A stretch of 64,000 nt of DNA from a virus (IMGVR_UViG_3300032296_003714:1-64000), one strand, 5' to 3'. Shown: positions 1 through 9,611, counted from the first letter of the stretch. The notes: generated by a model from the letters alone, not told the origin. Program-made: numbers and translations.

Positions 1-1
1 A

Positions 2-1321
2 CAATTACCAAATATTGAAATTGAGAGACATGAGATTGGAATGATGGATAAAACTCCTGTAGTTCCAGGTAAGACCGATGCGAAAAGGCAATTGGAATTT
101 GAGTGGAAAACAAAACAAATGACTTTCCAAACTTGGGAAATTGCACATTTTAGATTACTCGGTGACGATAGAAAATTACCATACGGTACTTCTATGTTAG
201 AAAAAGCGAGAAGGACATGGAAACAACTTTTATTGTCTGAAGATGCTATGATGATTTATAGAACTTCAAGAGCACCTGAAAGAAGAGTTTTCAAAGTTTT
301 TGTTGGAAATATGAGTGACGATGATGTTGAGGCATATGTAAACCGTGTGGCAGATAAGTTCAAGAGACAACAAGTTATAGACTCCAAAACAGGTAATGTG
401 GATATGAGGTTTAACCAAATGGCGGTTGACCAAGATTATTTTATTCCTGTCAGGGACCCGGCAACTCCATCCCCAATTGAAACTTTACCAGGAGCAACAA
501 ACTTATCTGAGATTGCCGATATTGAATATATTCAGAAAAAATTATTAACGGCACTTAGGGTACCAAAAGCATTTTTGGGATTTGAAGAGGTAGTTGGAGA
601 TGGTAAAAATCTTTCATTACAGGATATTCGTTTTGCAAGAACGATTAATAGAATCCAAAAAAGTATGATTCAAGAACTTAATAAAGTTGCTATCATACAT
701 TTATTTTTATTAGGTTTTGAGGATGAAATAGATAACTTCACACTTGGATTAACCAATCCATCGACTCAGGCCGATTTGCTTAAGATTGATGTTTGGAAGG
801 AAAAAGTATTACTTTATAAAGATTTGGTTATGGACCCAGGTAATGGAATCCAAGCCACATCATCTACATGGGCTAAGAAACATATATTTAATTTCTCTGA
901 TGATGAAATTAGAACTGATTTGCTACAACAAAGATTGGAGAGAGCAATCGGTGAAGAATTAAAACAAACTCCAACAGTAATTAGTAAAACAGGTTTATTT
1001 GATAATATTGATAAACTTTACGGTCAAGCTAGCGGAGGAACCGCAACAGCTTCCAGTGAAGCACCACCTGAATCTGGTGGCGGTGGATTAGAACCTTTGG
1101 GTCCAGAACCTGGTATTGAGCCAGGTGGCGCACCACCACCTCCACCACCTCCACCTGGCGGTGAAGGTGAAGCGGGAGTAACACCAGAATCAAGAATTGA
1201 AAGATTGAATATTTTGGTTGAAAGTAATGTGTTGGAAGGGGCTAGTTTTATAAATTTGGGTCAAGGTAGAGATTCTTTAGGAGAAATTGATAAAGAACTT
1301 GATAAGTTATTAAATCTGTAA
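2..1321 (+). CDS. Portal protein (T4 gp20-like), 5'-truncated by window edge
   Basis: Frame open from position 2; gp20 motifs (LLSEDAMMIYRTSRAPERRVFKVFVGN, DYFIPVR, IETLPG, DIEYIQKKL..AL.VP, DIRFARTINRIQ); Pro/Gly-rich C-tail. Confidence 0.93.
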   Translation, partial: QLPNIEIERHEIGMMDKTPVVPGKTDAKRQLEFEWKTKQMTFQTWEIAHFRLLGDDRKLPYGTSMLEKARRTWKQLLLSEDAMMIYRTSRAPERRVFKVFVGNMSDDDVEAYVNRVADKFKRQQVIDSKTGNVDMRFNQMAVDQDYFIPVRDPATPSPIETLPGATNLSEIADIEYIQKKLLTALRVPKAFLGFEEVVGDGKNLSLQDIRFARTINRIQKSMIQELNKVAIIHLFLLGFEDEIDNFTLGLTNPSTQADLLKIDVWKEKVLLYKDLVMDPGNGIQATSSTWAKKHIFNFSDDEIRTDLLQQRLERAIGEELKQTPTVISKTGLFDNIDKLYGQASGGTATASSEAPPESGGGGLEPLGPEPGIEPGGAPPPPPPPPGGEGEAGVTPESRIERLNILVESNVLEGASFINLGQGRDSLGEIDKELDKLLNL

Positions 1322-1351
1322 TATTTATATTGAAAACAAATAAAAATTTAT

Positions 1352-2056
1352 ATGACATTCGGTTTAATAAAGTCCATAATAGAGGAGAATCTCCTAGAAT
1401 CTTACAAAGATGAGAAGTCTTTCAAACGAGCAATGAATGAGTTCAAACAAAATGTTTTGAACAATAAAGACATTTCCAAAGTTTATGCTCTATATGATGA
1501 ACTTTCTAAACCGCAGGGTCTGTCTGTTGACGACGCAAAAGATTATTTATCTGAAGGAATTTTAGTAATTCAAAAATTACTAGAAAAAATTAAACTACCC
1601 AAAGTAATTGGCGAGTCAAAAGTTACAAACAAATATAAGCTTATTGATGAATTAGTTTACCTAAATCATATTGTTAATTTATCCGAGAGAGTAGAAATAA
1701 AAAAACAATTAATTAAAAATTTACAAGGAAAATCAAAAGTTACCGAAAGTCATATAAATATTCCAATAAGTAGTATGGTTAAGATTGCCAATCAAACAAT
1801 TAGTGGCTATATTGACGGATTGGATGAAGAAACAAAAAAAGAATTTTTTGAAATTATAAAAGAAGACAATTCTATTTTAGAAAATAAATTTGTATCTCTT
1901 AAAGAAATGGCATTAGCAAAACTAGTACCATTGGCGGAATCACAAGATGATGATGATACAAAAAACAAAATTGAAGAGACAATCAAAAAAATAGAAGAAG
2001 ATACTTTTAGTCAACTTAATTTCTTGAAATTAAAAAAACTACACGAATCTCTTTAA
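1352..2056 (+). CDS. Hypothetical head-associated protein
   Basis: 234-aa ORF between portal and protease, preceded by TATTTAT; contains LLES/VTES/LAES motifs. Confidence 0.7.
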   Translation: MTFGLIKSIIEENLLESYKDEKSFKRAMNEFKQNVLNNKDISKVYALYDELSKPQGLSVDDAKDYLSEGILVIQKLLEKIKLPKVIGESKVTNKYKLIDELVYLNHIVNLSERVEIKKQLIKNLQGKSKVTESHINIPISSMVKIANQTISGYIDGLDEETKKEFFEIIKEDNSILENKFVSLKEMALAKLVPLAESQDDDDTKNKIEETIKKIEEDTFSQLNFLKLKKLHESL

Positions 2057-2238
2057 GAATTTTTAATTCTCTGAGTATAAATTGCTTTTAAAATCTGTTT
2101 TCTTTTGACTACAGATTTTTTTACATACTCTTTTCTATCTAACAATTTTTGTTGTTGTTTAGTCTTAATAACTTTGGACTTAAGAACTTTTAACGCTCTC
2201 TCAATACTATCGTTACCTTTTATTTCAATAATTAACAT
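2053..2238 (-). CDS. rpsU: Phage-encoded ribosomal protein bS21
   Basis: 61-aa basic protein MLIIEIKGNDSIERALKVLKSK...RKEYVKKSVVKR...KAIY matches the bS21 pattern, Bacteroidota type. Confidence 0.92.
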   Translation of the reverse strand: MLIIEIKGNDSIERALKVLKSKVIKTKQQQKLLDRKEYVKKSVVKRKQILKAIYTQRIKNS

Positions 2239-2330
2239 ATACTACAAATATCGCGATTTATTAAAAACTTTGACTAACAAGTTATAATATATTATGTTTA
2301 TAAAAAATAAACTAAGTAATATGAAACTGA

Positions 2331-2759
2331 ATGAAAAAAGGGAAAAGTGTGAAGATGAATTTATCAACATCTTTTAAATCTATGTATGGTACTGTAGATT
2401 CAAAAAATTTAAAATCGTTATACATAAACATACAATCATGGGTTTCACCCAAAACAGAATTAGATAATTGGAACAGGGTTGTTTGTAACCTGAGTAGAGA
2501 ACTTAAACATACAGTATTTGAATCAATTGATACCTCAGTATTTGTAAAGAATTCCATAGTAGATTTAGACCTAAGAACTAGCGGAATATGTTCAGGAAAA
2601 AAGTCTTTTTTTAATTTAGAAATTAATCTTTTTTTAGAAAAACAGTTGGATTTTAAATCCTCAGAATTGAAAGATTCAATCAAAAGAATAGTTAAAAACA
2701 TTCAAAGGACTAACATTACTAACAATGACTATTTTGATTTTTCCTTAACTAAAAAGTAA
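2331..2759 (+). CDS. Hypothetical protein
   Basis: 142-aa ORF filling the gap between rpsU and the protease. Confidence 0.7.
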   Translation: MKKGKSVKMNLSTSFKSMYGTVDSKNLKSLYINIQSWVSPKTELDNWNRVVCNLSRELKHTVFESIDTSVFVKNSIVDLDLRTSGICSGKKSFFNLEINLFLEKQLDFKSSELKDSIKRIVKNIQRTNITNNDYFDFSLTKK

Positions 2760-2807
2760 AAACCATAAACTATTGGTTAATTGAAATATTTATTTTAAAA
2801 ATAGTTA

Positions 2808-3530
2808 ATGGAAAAAAAACTAAGAATCCTTGAGGCTCATGAAGTCGGTCATGGAATTTTAATAGAAATGGATGCAGGGTTTGTCTCTCCTATTACAGGT
2901 GAAAATTTAAATTTTATTAAAGAAGGTAAACAATTTGATTACAGAAACCCATTTGAATTTTATGCGGTATTACAAAAATACGATACTCCTAATAGGAATG
3001 GTAGAACTTACCCTGAAAGGATTTTAAAAAGAGAATCAGAAAAATATAAAACTTTGATTCAAAAAGGTTTAGCAACTTCCGAATTAAATCACCCTGAGTC
3101 ATCGTTAATTGATTTAGATAGAGTTTCTCATTCAATAACTGATATATGGTGGGATAAGAATATTCTTATGGGTAAATTAAAATTGTTGACTTCGCCAGGT
3201 TTTCATGAAAGAGGTATTGTTACAACCAAAGGTGATATTGCCGCAAATTTATTAAGACAAGGAGTTACTTTAGGTATTTCATCAAGAGGGGTGGGTTCTC
3301 TTAAAAAAGTGGGAGAAAGAAACGAAGTTCAAGATGATTTCGAATTAATTTGTTTTGATTTGGTTTCTTCACCGTCTACACCAGGTGCATATCTTTTTGA
3401 TGATGTGAATGAAAGAGAAAAGTATGAAGAAAATTTAGAAGAAGAAAAAAGAATTAGAACTGGCTCTGAACCAAAATTGAATCAGTCTATTGATTTAATG
3501 AAAAAATTAACCGATTATTTATCAAAATAA
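2808..3530 (+). CDS. Prohead core protease (T4 gp21-like)
   Basis: NRNGRTYP, ELNHP, LDRVSH, G.L.LL.SP, LGISSRGVGS, FDLVSSPS motifs; position in head module. Confidence 0.93.
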   Translation: MEKKLRILEAHEVGHGILIEMDAGFVSPITGENLNFIKEGKQFDYRNPFEFYAVLQKYDTPNRNGRTYPERILKRESEKYKTLIQKGLATSELNHPESSLIDLDRVSHSITDIWWDKNILMGKLKLLTSPGFHERGIVTTKGDIAANLLRQGVTLGISSRGVGSLKKVGERNEVQDDFELICFDLVSSPSTPGAYLFDDVNEREKYEENLEEEKRIRTGSEPKLNQSIDLMKKLTDYLSK

Positions 3531-3535
3531 TCAAA

Positions 3536-3748
3536 ATGGATGAGAAGTATTTTGTTGCGAAAGTAACATATGATTTACCTGACGATAATACGGGTAAAAT
3601 TAAAAAAATCAGAGAAGAGAAACTTGTTAAAGGGTATTCTGTAACAGATGTTGAGGCAAAAGTTACTAAGAAATATGAAGGTTTTTCTTACGATTGGAGA
3701 ATAACTTCAGTATCAGAAAGTAAGATAGATGAAGTTATCGAAGATTAA
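3536..3748 (+). CDS. Small protein resembling Bacteroidota DUF4494 N-terminal domain
   Basis: YFVAKVTY...GKIKKIREEKLV.GYSVTDVEAKV...ITSVSESKI pattern. Confidence 0.55.
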   Translation: MDEKYFVAKVTYDLPDDNTGKIKKIREEKLVKGYSVTDVEAKVTKKYEGFSYDWRITSVSESKIDEVIED

Positions 3749-3754
3749 AAATAA

Positions 3755-3778
3755 GGGGGTCATTGACCCCCATTTTTA
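3755..3778 (+). terminator. Rho-independent terminator
   Basis: GGGGGTC-ATT-GACCCCC hairpin followed by ATTTTT. Confidence 0.7.
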
Positions 3779-3780
3779 TT

Positions 3781-4335
3781 ATGATAAGTATATACGACAA
3801 TTTTATTAATCCGAATAATATTGAAAGACTACATAATTTTTGTACAGCCCAAGCCTTTACTGTTTCAGGTAAATCAAGAGGAACACCAACAGAGAAATAT
3901 CAAGATAGAGATTTAAGTTTGATATCTTTATTAAATAAAACAGAAAATCATAGTTTTTTAGACGATATACAAAATGACATTTTGAATGTTATTGGTACCC
4001 ATTACTCATGTTTTAGACGTTATATAAATGCATTCAAATTTTCAGATGCTTCGTTGTCCCATGTAGACTACTGTAAACCAAATACAGAATGTAAAACAGC
4101 AATAATTTATTGTAATGGTGAATGGGATGTTGATTGGGGTGGAGAAACGGTTTTTCTTGATTCTTTGAATCCTTCTGCGGAAATAATTAAAAGTGTAATA
4201 CCTAAACCTGGTAGAATGGTTGTTTTTGAATCACAAACACCACATATTGCAAGGGTCCCAAATTTATTATATCCCAAATATAGATATACATTAGTGTATA
4301 ATTTTAGTACTGAAATCAAGAAAATTATTGATTAA
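3781..4335 (+). CDS. 2OG-Fe(II) oxygenase (prolyl-4-hydroxylase-like)
   Basis: H-x-D (HVD), WGGET.F, PKPGRMV.F...PH, R.T.V motifs; ATG at 3781 preferred because the annotated TTG lies inside the terminator. Confidence 0.85.
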   Translation: MISIYDNFINPNNIERLHNFCTAQAFTVSGKSRGTPTEKYQDRDLSLISLLNKTENHSFLDDIQNDILNVIGTHYSCFRRYINAFKFSDASLSHVDYCKPNTECKTAIIYCNGEWDVDWGGETVFLDSLNPSAEIIKSVIPKPGRMVVFESQTPHIARVPNLLYPKYRYTLVYNFSTEIKKIID

Positions 4336-4397
4336 CAAACCGATTGTTAAACTTTTTTCAACAAAGGAACTATTTATTGTTTAAAAAAGAAACAATT

Positions 4398-5975
4398 ATG
4401 CAAGAAAATAAGAATCTTGTTGAAGAGGCACTCATTCAAATGAAAAATGTTGAAGAGGCTATTGCCGAAAATGCAAAAGGAATACTTGCTTCTACTATGA
4501 AGGAAGAAATCAGCCAATTAGTAAAAGAATCTCTTTCTGAACAAGAAGAGTTGGATTTAGATGTAGACACAGATGTTGAACCAACATCCGTGGATGATGA
4601 AACAGGTATATCTTTAGATACTGACGTAACTTCTGACGACAACTCAGACGAAATGGAAGTAAGTATGGGTATGAATGTTGATTCTAATAAACCAATCGAT
4701 TTATCTGATGCATCCGACGAGTTTATTTTGAAAGTATTTAAGTCTATGGGTGAAGATGATGGTATCATCGTAAAAAAAGACGGTGACGACATTCATTTAA
4801 CTGACAATAATACAGATTCAGAATATCTTGTTAAACAACTAGGTGAATCTGAAGAAGAAAATTATGAAAATATGGAATACAACGAACAAGAAGACGACAA
4901 TGTTCAAGATGTAATTGACGCTATTTTCTCAGACAGTTCTGATGTTTCTGATTATTCAGGTTCAGACGAAGTTATGGATGACGAAGATGAAGTTGTTTAC
5001 GAAATTGAATTTACTGAAGACGATGATTCTGATGATGAAATCGAAGAGTCTGAAGAAATGGACGAATCTGATGAAATGGAAGAGTCTGAAGAAATGGACG
5101 AATCTGATGAAATGGAAGAGTCTGAAGAAATGGAAGAGTCTGAAGAAATGGACGAATCTGATGAAATGGAAGAGTCTGAAGAAATGGACGAATCTGATGA
5201 AATGGAAGAGTCTGAAGAAATGGACGAAGAAAATTGGCAGATGGATGAATCTTATAGTCATAAGAAGTCAAAAAAAGTAGAAACAAAAGAAAGTAAAATG
5301 TCCGTTAAACCTAAAGGTGTTGGAATGGGTAAAGCTAAATTCTCATATAAGAAATCATCAGGTGGTTTCAGTGAGGACAAAAAAGAAGGTCCTAAAACAA
5401 TGGGAACAGGTAAAGCCAAGTTCGAATACAAGAAAGGTGAAAACATGGAAGGTAAAATGAAACCTTTGAAAAAGAAAGTAGAAACTAAAGAGGCTGCACG
5501 TACTTACGCTTTCGGTTCTAAGGACAAATCAAGAGGTCTTAGAAAAGGAGTTACGCCTAATAGGAATTTAACTTTCGAATCATTGGAAACAGAAGTTAGT
5601 TCTTTGAGAGAAAAGAATGAAGAGTACAGAAAAGCATTAAATGTATTTAGAGAGAAACTTAACGAAGTTGCTATTTTTAACTCTAACCTAGCATATGCTA
5701 CAAGACTTTTCACTGAACACTCAACAACTAAAAAAGAAAAAATAAACATTCTTAGAAGATTCGACGATGTTGATTCACTTAAAGAGTCTAAAGGACTTTA
5801 TAAAGTAATCAAAGAAGAGTTAACTAAGACTGATACAAAATCACTTAATGAATCTGTTGGTAACAAACTGACAAAATCAGTACAATCAGGTTCATCAACT
5901 ACTTTAATCGAAAGTAAAACATACGAAAATCCTCAGTTCATGAGAATTAAAGATTTGATTACTAAGATTGGGTAA
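4398..5975 (+). CDS. Prohead scaffolding/core protein
   Basis: Very acidic, coiled-coil C-terminus, directly upstream of the capsid gene; ATG 4398 follows TATTTAT. Confidence 0.8.
   Translation: MQENKNLVEEALIQMKNVEEAIAENAKGILASTMKEEISQLVKESLSEQEELDLDVDTDVEPTSVDDETGISLDTDVTSDDNSDEMEVSMGMNVDSNKPIDLSDASDEFILKVFKSMGEDDGIIVKKDGDDIHLTDNNTDSEYLVKQLGESEEENYENMEYNEQEDDNVQDVIDAIFSDSSDVSDYSGSDEVMDDEDEVVYEIEFTEDDDSDDEIEESEEMDESDEMEESEEMDESDEMEESEEMEESEEMDESDEMEESEEMDESDEMEESEEMDEENWQMDESYSHKKSKKVETKESKMSVKPKGVGMGKAKFSYKKSSGGFSEDKKEGPKTMGTGKAKFEYKKGENMEGKMKPLKKKVETKEAARTYAFGSKDKSRGLRKGVTPNRNLTFESLETEVSSLREKNEEYRKALNVFREKLNEVAIFNSNLAYATRLFTEHSTTKKEKINILRRFDDVDSLKESKGLYKVIKEELTKTDTKSLNESVGNKLTKSVQSGSSTTLIESKTYENPQFMRIKDLITKIG
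5043..5222 (+). repeat. Ten tandem 18-bp coding repeats (EESEEM / DESDEM)
   Basis: A=gaagagtctgaagaaatg, B=gacgaatctgatgaaatg in order ABABAABABA. Confidence 0.95.
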
Positions 5976-6013
5976 ACAAAATAAAAATAAACAAGAAAAA
6001 TAAAATTCACAAA

Positions 6014-7816
6014 ATGGGAGCTTTATTAGAATCAGGTCTTGTTGGTAACATCGGTCTTAAGCACCTTAAAGTTATCAAAGAAGACACAATTAACAAATGG
6101 GATGGCCTAGGTTTCTTAGAGGGACTTAAAGGTCACATGAAAGAGAACGTGGCTCAACTTTATGAGAACCAAGCGTCTCACTTAATCAACGAAGCATCTA
6201 CAACTGCTGACTCAGGTGCTTTCGAAACTGTTGTATTTCCAATCATCAGAAGAGTTTTCTCTAAGTTATTGGCTAACGACATCGTATCTGTACAAGCAAT
6301 GAACTTACCAATCGGTAAATTGTTCTACTTTGTACCTCAAATCCAAAATTATGCTGCGGCTAATGCACACTATGCACCTTACGGAGCACCAAATGGACCA
6401 GCAGACCCTAATACTGGATATAACTGGAATGAAGGAAGAGACCTTTATGACAGATTCTACGAAGGTAACGAACCAGCATTAGACCCTCCAGGTCTTTTCG
6501 ACTACTCTAAAGGTCAGTTTTCTGCTATCACAGGTGACGCGGTTACTGCTGTTTGGAACAGTACAACATTAAATCTTACTCCTTCAGGATACACTGCAGG
6601 TAGTGGTCCTGATGCAGGTGCTTACAGAAAAGTATTGATTGTTATGTCAGGTTTTGCTCAAGTAGCGGCTGGTAAGTTAATTGGACCAGACGGTAACCCA
6701 ATCGACAACGAATCATTCTTGTCTGATTTGACTATCTACGGTTCTTCTGCAAATCAATATACGTCAGCAAACACTGCAAATCCTTATCTTTTCAGAGTTG
6801 TGACTCAGAGATACGGTAAGGGTATTGTTCAGTACGGTAATAATAATACAGAAGCATTATTCCCTGAATCAAAAACAGGTGGTGGTTATTATGACAACAT
6901 CTGTGATGTAAATGGATTAATCTATCTTGAGGTTGACCTTCAAGTACCTTGTACTGTAGGACAAAATTCTCTTGATGGTTATTCAGGTTCAACATTCGGT
7001 TCTACTGCAGCTATCAACAATGCGTTTGTTCCTGTATATAGAATTTATAAGAATCTTGAATTCGAAGATAAGATTGGTGAGGTTTCTTTCGACCTTCAAT
7101 CTGTAACAGTTTCTGTAACTGAAAGAAAATTAAGAGCACAATGGTCACCAGAAATGGCACAAGACGTTGCAGCTTTCCACAACATCGACGCTGAGGCTGA
7201 ATTAACAGCTTTATTGTCTGAGCAAGTTGCGGCTGAAATCGATAGAGAAATCTTGAGAGACCTTAGAAAAGGTGCGGCTTGGAACTTGAGATGGGATTAC
7301 AACGGTTGGAAGAGACTTGGAGCTAACGCAGTTCCTTACACTCAGAAAGACTGGAACCAAACTCTTATCACTGCAATCAACCAAATTTCAGCTCAAATCC
7401 ATAAGTCTACTCTTAGAGGTGGTGCTAACTGGATTGTTGTATCTTCTGAAATCAGTGCAATTTTTGATGACTTGGAGTATTTCCACGTTTCAAATGCGGC
7501 TCCTGAGCAAGACCAATACAACATGGGTATCGAAAGAATCGGTACACTTGCAGGTAGATATCAAGTCTACAGAGACCCTTACTTCCCAGCTAACCAAGTT
7601 CTTCTTGGTCACAAAGGAACGTCTCTACTTGACACTGGTTACATCTACGCACCATATGTACCTTTACAACTTACTCCAACAATGTACAATCCGTTCAACT
7701 TCACACCAATCAAAGGTATCATGACTAGATACGCTAAGAAAATGGTGAACAACAGATTCTATGGTAGAATCACAGTTGACGGTGTAAGAACATTCGATTT
7801 GAGAGAGTTGAGATAA
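6014..7816 (+). CDS. Major capsid protein (T4 gp23-like)
   Basis: FPIIRRVF..LLANDIVSVQAM..P.G..F, RKLRAQWSPEMAQD..A.H.IDAEAEL, YAPYVPL, GIMTRY; C-ending high-expression codons. Confidence 0.96.
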   Translation: MGALLESGLVGNIGLKHLKVIKEDTINKWDGLGFLEGLKGHMKENVAQLYENQASHLINEASTTADSGAFETVVFPIIRRVFSKLLANDIVSVQAMNLPIGKLFYFVPQIQNYAAANAHYAPYGAPNGPADPNTGYNWNEGRDLYDRFYEGNEPALDPPGLFDYSKGQFSAITGDAVTAVWNSTTLNLTPSGYTAGSGPDAGAYRKVLIVMSGFAQVAAGKLIGPDGNPIDNESFLSDLTIYGSSANQYTSANTANPYLFRVVTQRYGKGIVQYGNNNTEALFPESKTGGGYYDNICDVNGLIYLEVDLQVPCTVGQNSLDGYSGSTFGSTAAINNAFVPVYRIYKNLEFEDKIGEVSFDLQSVTVSVTERKLRAQWSPEMAQDVAAFHNIDAEAELTALLSEQVAAEIDREILRDLRKGAAWNLRWDYNGWKRLGANAVPYTQKDWNQTLITAINQISAQIHKSTLRGGANWIVVSSEISAIFDDLEYFHVSNAAPEQDQYNMGIERIGTLAGRYQVYRDPYFPANQVLLGHKGTSLLDTGYIYAPYVPLQLTPTMYNPFNFTPIKGIMTRYAKKMVNNRFYGRITVDGVRTFDLRELR

Positions 7817-7837
7817 TATGGTCTGAACCAAAATACC

Positions 7838-7867
7838 AAAAAGGGTCCTTCGGGACCCTTTTTTTTT
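7838..7867 (+). terminator. Rho-independent terminator
   Basis: AAAAAGGGTCC-TTCG-GGACCCTTTTTTTTT after capsid gene. Confidence 0.92.
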
Positions 7868-7902
7868 GTTTTATGAAGTATTTATAATTAAATTAAAAAG
7901 AT

Positions 7903-9090
7903 ATGATTAAGCAAACATGGGTTGTTAATGAAGAGGAAAAAAGACGTATTCTTTCTTTACATGAAAATGCAACAAAAAGACAATATTTGATGAAAGAACA
8001 AGAAATTGGCGCTTATAATAATGAAAACATAATTAGTACTGGAGATACAAATAATAACTTCATTTATTTGGTTTTTCAACCCCAAAGTGCAACATCAGTC
8101 CAAGGTATAGACTGGGAATCATTTTATGTTGTGGTTGCTCATGATGGTGAAAATGCATATATTGCACAGGTAACAGAAAAAAATTCCGAGGGTATGCCAA
8201 CTAAATATAATGTTGAGTTGAACAAACCTTTACCAATTTGGGACCCAATAAATTTGGAAAACAATGAATTTAAATTTTCTTTATTAAAAACGGGAAAAAG
8301 AGATTTCAATTGGAATTTAAATTATGATGAAAAAACGAAGAATTCATTGGTTTTACAAGATAAAATATCATTATACTACGCGGTTATTTTAAATGGTAAC
8401 GTAGTGGTAGCCCCTGTAAAAAATGAAGGTCCTTACAGTAATTGGACATTCAATTATCAGCAAGAAGGTGTTATAGATTTCAAATCAGTTGAAGTTAATT
8501 CTCAGGTTGAGTTTGTTCCTAGGTATAATGTTATAGTTGGTAAAAACGCTTACTTGGGTTTGGTAGTTGCTTCCACATTCGGATTTTATCCAATGCCTGA
8601 AGGAAAAGATATTCCTCCACCACCTATAACAATACCGACACCACCGCCGCCATCAAATTTAGGTAATAGCTTTGCCGATAATATATCATACCCTTCAGAA
8701 AATATTAAAAATAATCCTAATTATCAGGCAATAGTTAAATTTGTTAAAGGTAATAAAGACTTATCTAACTATATATTCAAAATTCAATCATCAGCATCAA
8801 AATGTAATGCAGGTCTCATTGAGAATCAGGGACAAGTAAAATGGAAAGCCGATAAAAATACATACCCTGGTGTTAAAGTAGACCCTGATGCTGATATGAC
8901 TGATATTGGTAATTTGAACTTAACAAAAGCAAGAGCGCAGCATTTAAAAGACTTCTTAATTCAAAATTTACCAGAACTAAAAAATGCTAATTTTGAAGTT
9001 GTTGCCCAAGGTTCAAAAGGAGTTTGTGGAACTGAAGAAGAAAATGCGAAAAATAGGGTGGTTAGTTTAACTATTACCAAGGTAAAATAG
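7903..9090 (+). CDS. Putative virion protein with C-terminal OmpA-like peptidoglycan-binding domain
   Basis: NLNLTKARAQHLKDFL...NAKNRVV resembles OmpA_C (N..LS..RA..V..L...NRRV); polyproline linker; TATTTAT promoter. Confidence 0.6.
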   Translation: MIKQTWVVNEEEKRRILSLHENATKRQYLMKEQEIGAYNNENIISTGDTNNNFIYLVFQPQSATSVQGIDWESFYVVVAHDGENAYIAQVTEKNSEGMPTKYNVELNKPLPIWDPINLENNEFKFSLLKTGKRDFNWNLNYDEKTKNSLVLQDKISLYYAVILNGNVVVAPVKNEGPYSNWTFNYQQEGVIDFKSVEVNSQVEFVPRYNVIVGKNAYLGLVVASTFGFYPMPEGKDIPPPPITIPTPPPPSNLGNSFADNISYPSENIKNNPNYQAIVKFVKGNKDLSNYIFKIQSSASKCNAGLIENQGQVKWKADKNTYPGVKVDPDADMTDIGNLNLTKARAQHLKDFLIQNLPELKNANFEVVAQGSKGVCGTEEENAKNRVVSLTITKVK

Positions 9091-9564
9091 TTAATTTTTT
9101 CTTTTTTCGGCGACTTTGATATTCAAAACAAACTTATCTGAATATTCAGTGACTGATGCTGTAAAAAATATTTTTGAAAAAACGTGTGGAAGTTCAAAAT
9201 TTTTTTCTCCATCCCATTTGTAATCGGTATTTTTTTCTTGTATATAGATAATATCTTGAAGAATCATTCCATTTTTACTCAATGCTGAGAATGAGTCGTA
9301 ATCTAAAAATATAATTTCATTTACTTGACGGTACCATGTTTCAAAAAATTTCTTATAGTCAAATAAAACATTTTGTACATGAGGAAAATGCTCCAAGTTA
9401 ATTTTACTCGGTGCAAATGCCATTTGTAAACCTAATTTTTTGAATTCTTCCACCGTTTTATTAACGCTATCAATATTTTGGTAAAACACTTTACCCGTTT
9501 TTTGAGCAAAAATATCAGTAGAAAAAAATAAAAACGTCATTACAGCAAAAACAAAAACTTTCAT
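9091..9564 (-). CDS. Exported protein with Sec signal peptide
   Basis: MKVFVFAVMTFLFFSTDIFA|Q: hydrophobic signal peptide with Gln at +1. Confidence 0.7.
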   Translation of the reverse strand: MKVFVFAVMTFLFFSTDIFAQKTGKVFYQNIDSVNKTVEEFKKLGLQMAFAPSKINLEHFPHVQNVLFDYKKFFETWYRQVNEIIFLDYDSFSALSKNGMILQDIIYIQEKNTDYKWDGEKNFELPHVFSKIFFTASVTEYSDKFVLNIKVAEKRKN

Positions 9565-9580
9565 ATTCAATATATTTTTA

Positions 9581-9611
9581 CAAAAATAAGTTTTTTTTGT
9601 TTCACAACAAA
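9581..9611 (-). promoter_or_regulatory. Bacteroidota-type sigma-A promoter (TTTG-N19-TAnnTTTG)
   Basis: Minus strand TTTG (9611-9608), 19-nt spacer, TATTTTTG (9588-9581). Confidence 0.65.

Noticed and set aside
2105-2701. ORFs 2105-2287(+) and 2312-2701(-)
   Set aside because: Antisense to rpsU and to the 2331 gene; no independent support.
5043-5222. Possible CRISPR array
   Set aside because: Contiguous in-frame 18-bp repeats with no unique spacers; coding repeat in the scaffold.
4436-5749. Alternative-frame and antisense ORFs over the scaffold (e.g. RLFHFIRFVHFF repeats)
   Set aside because: Shadows of the repeat and of the acidic coding strand.
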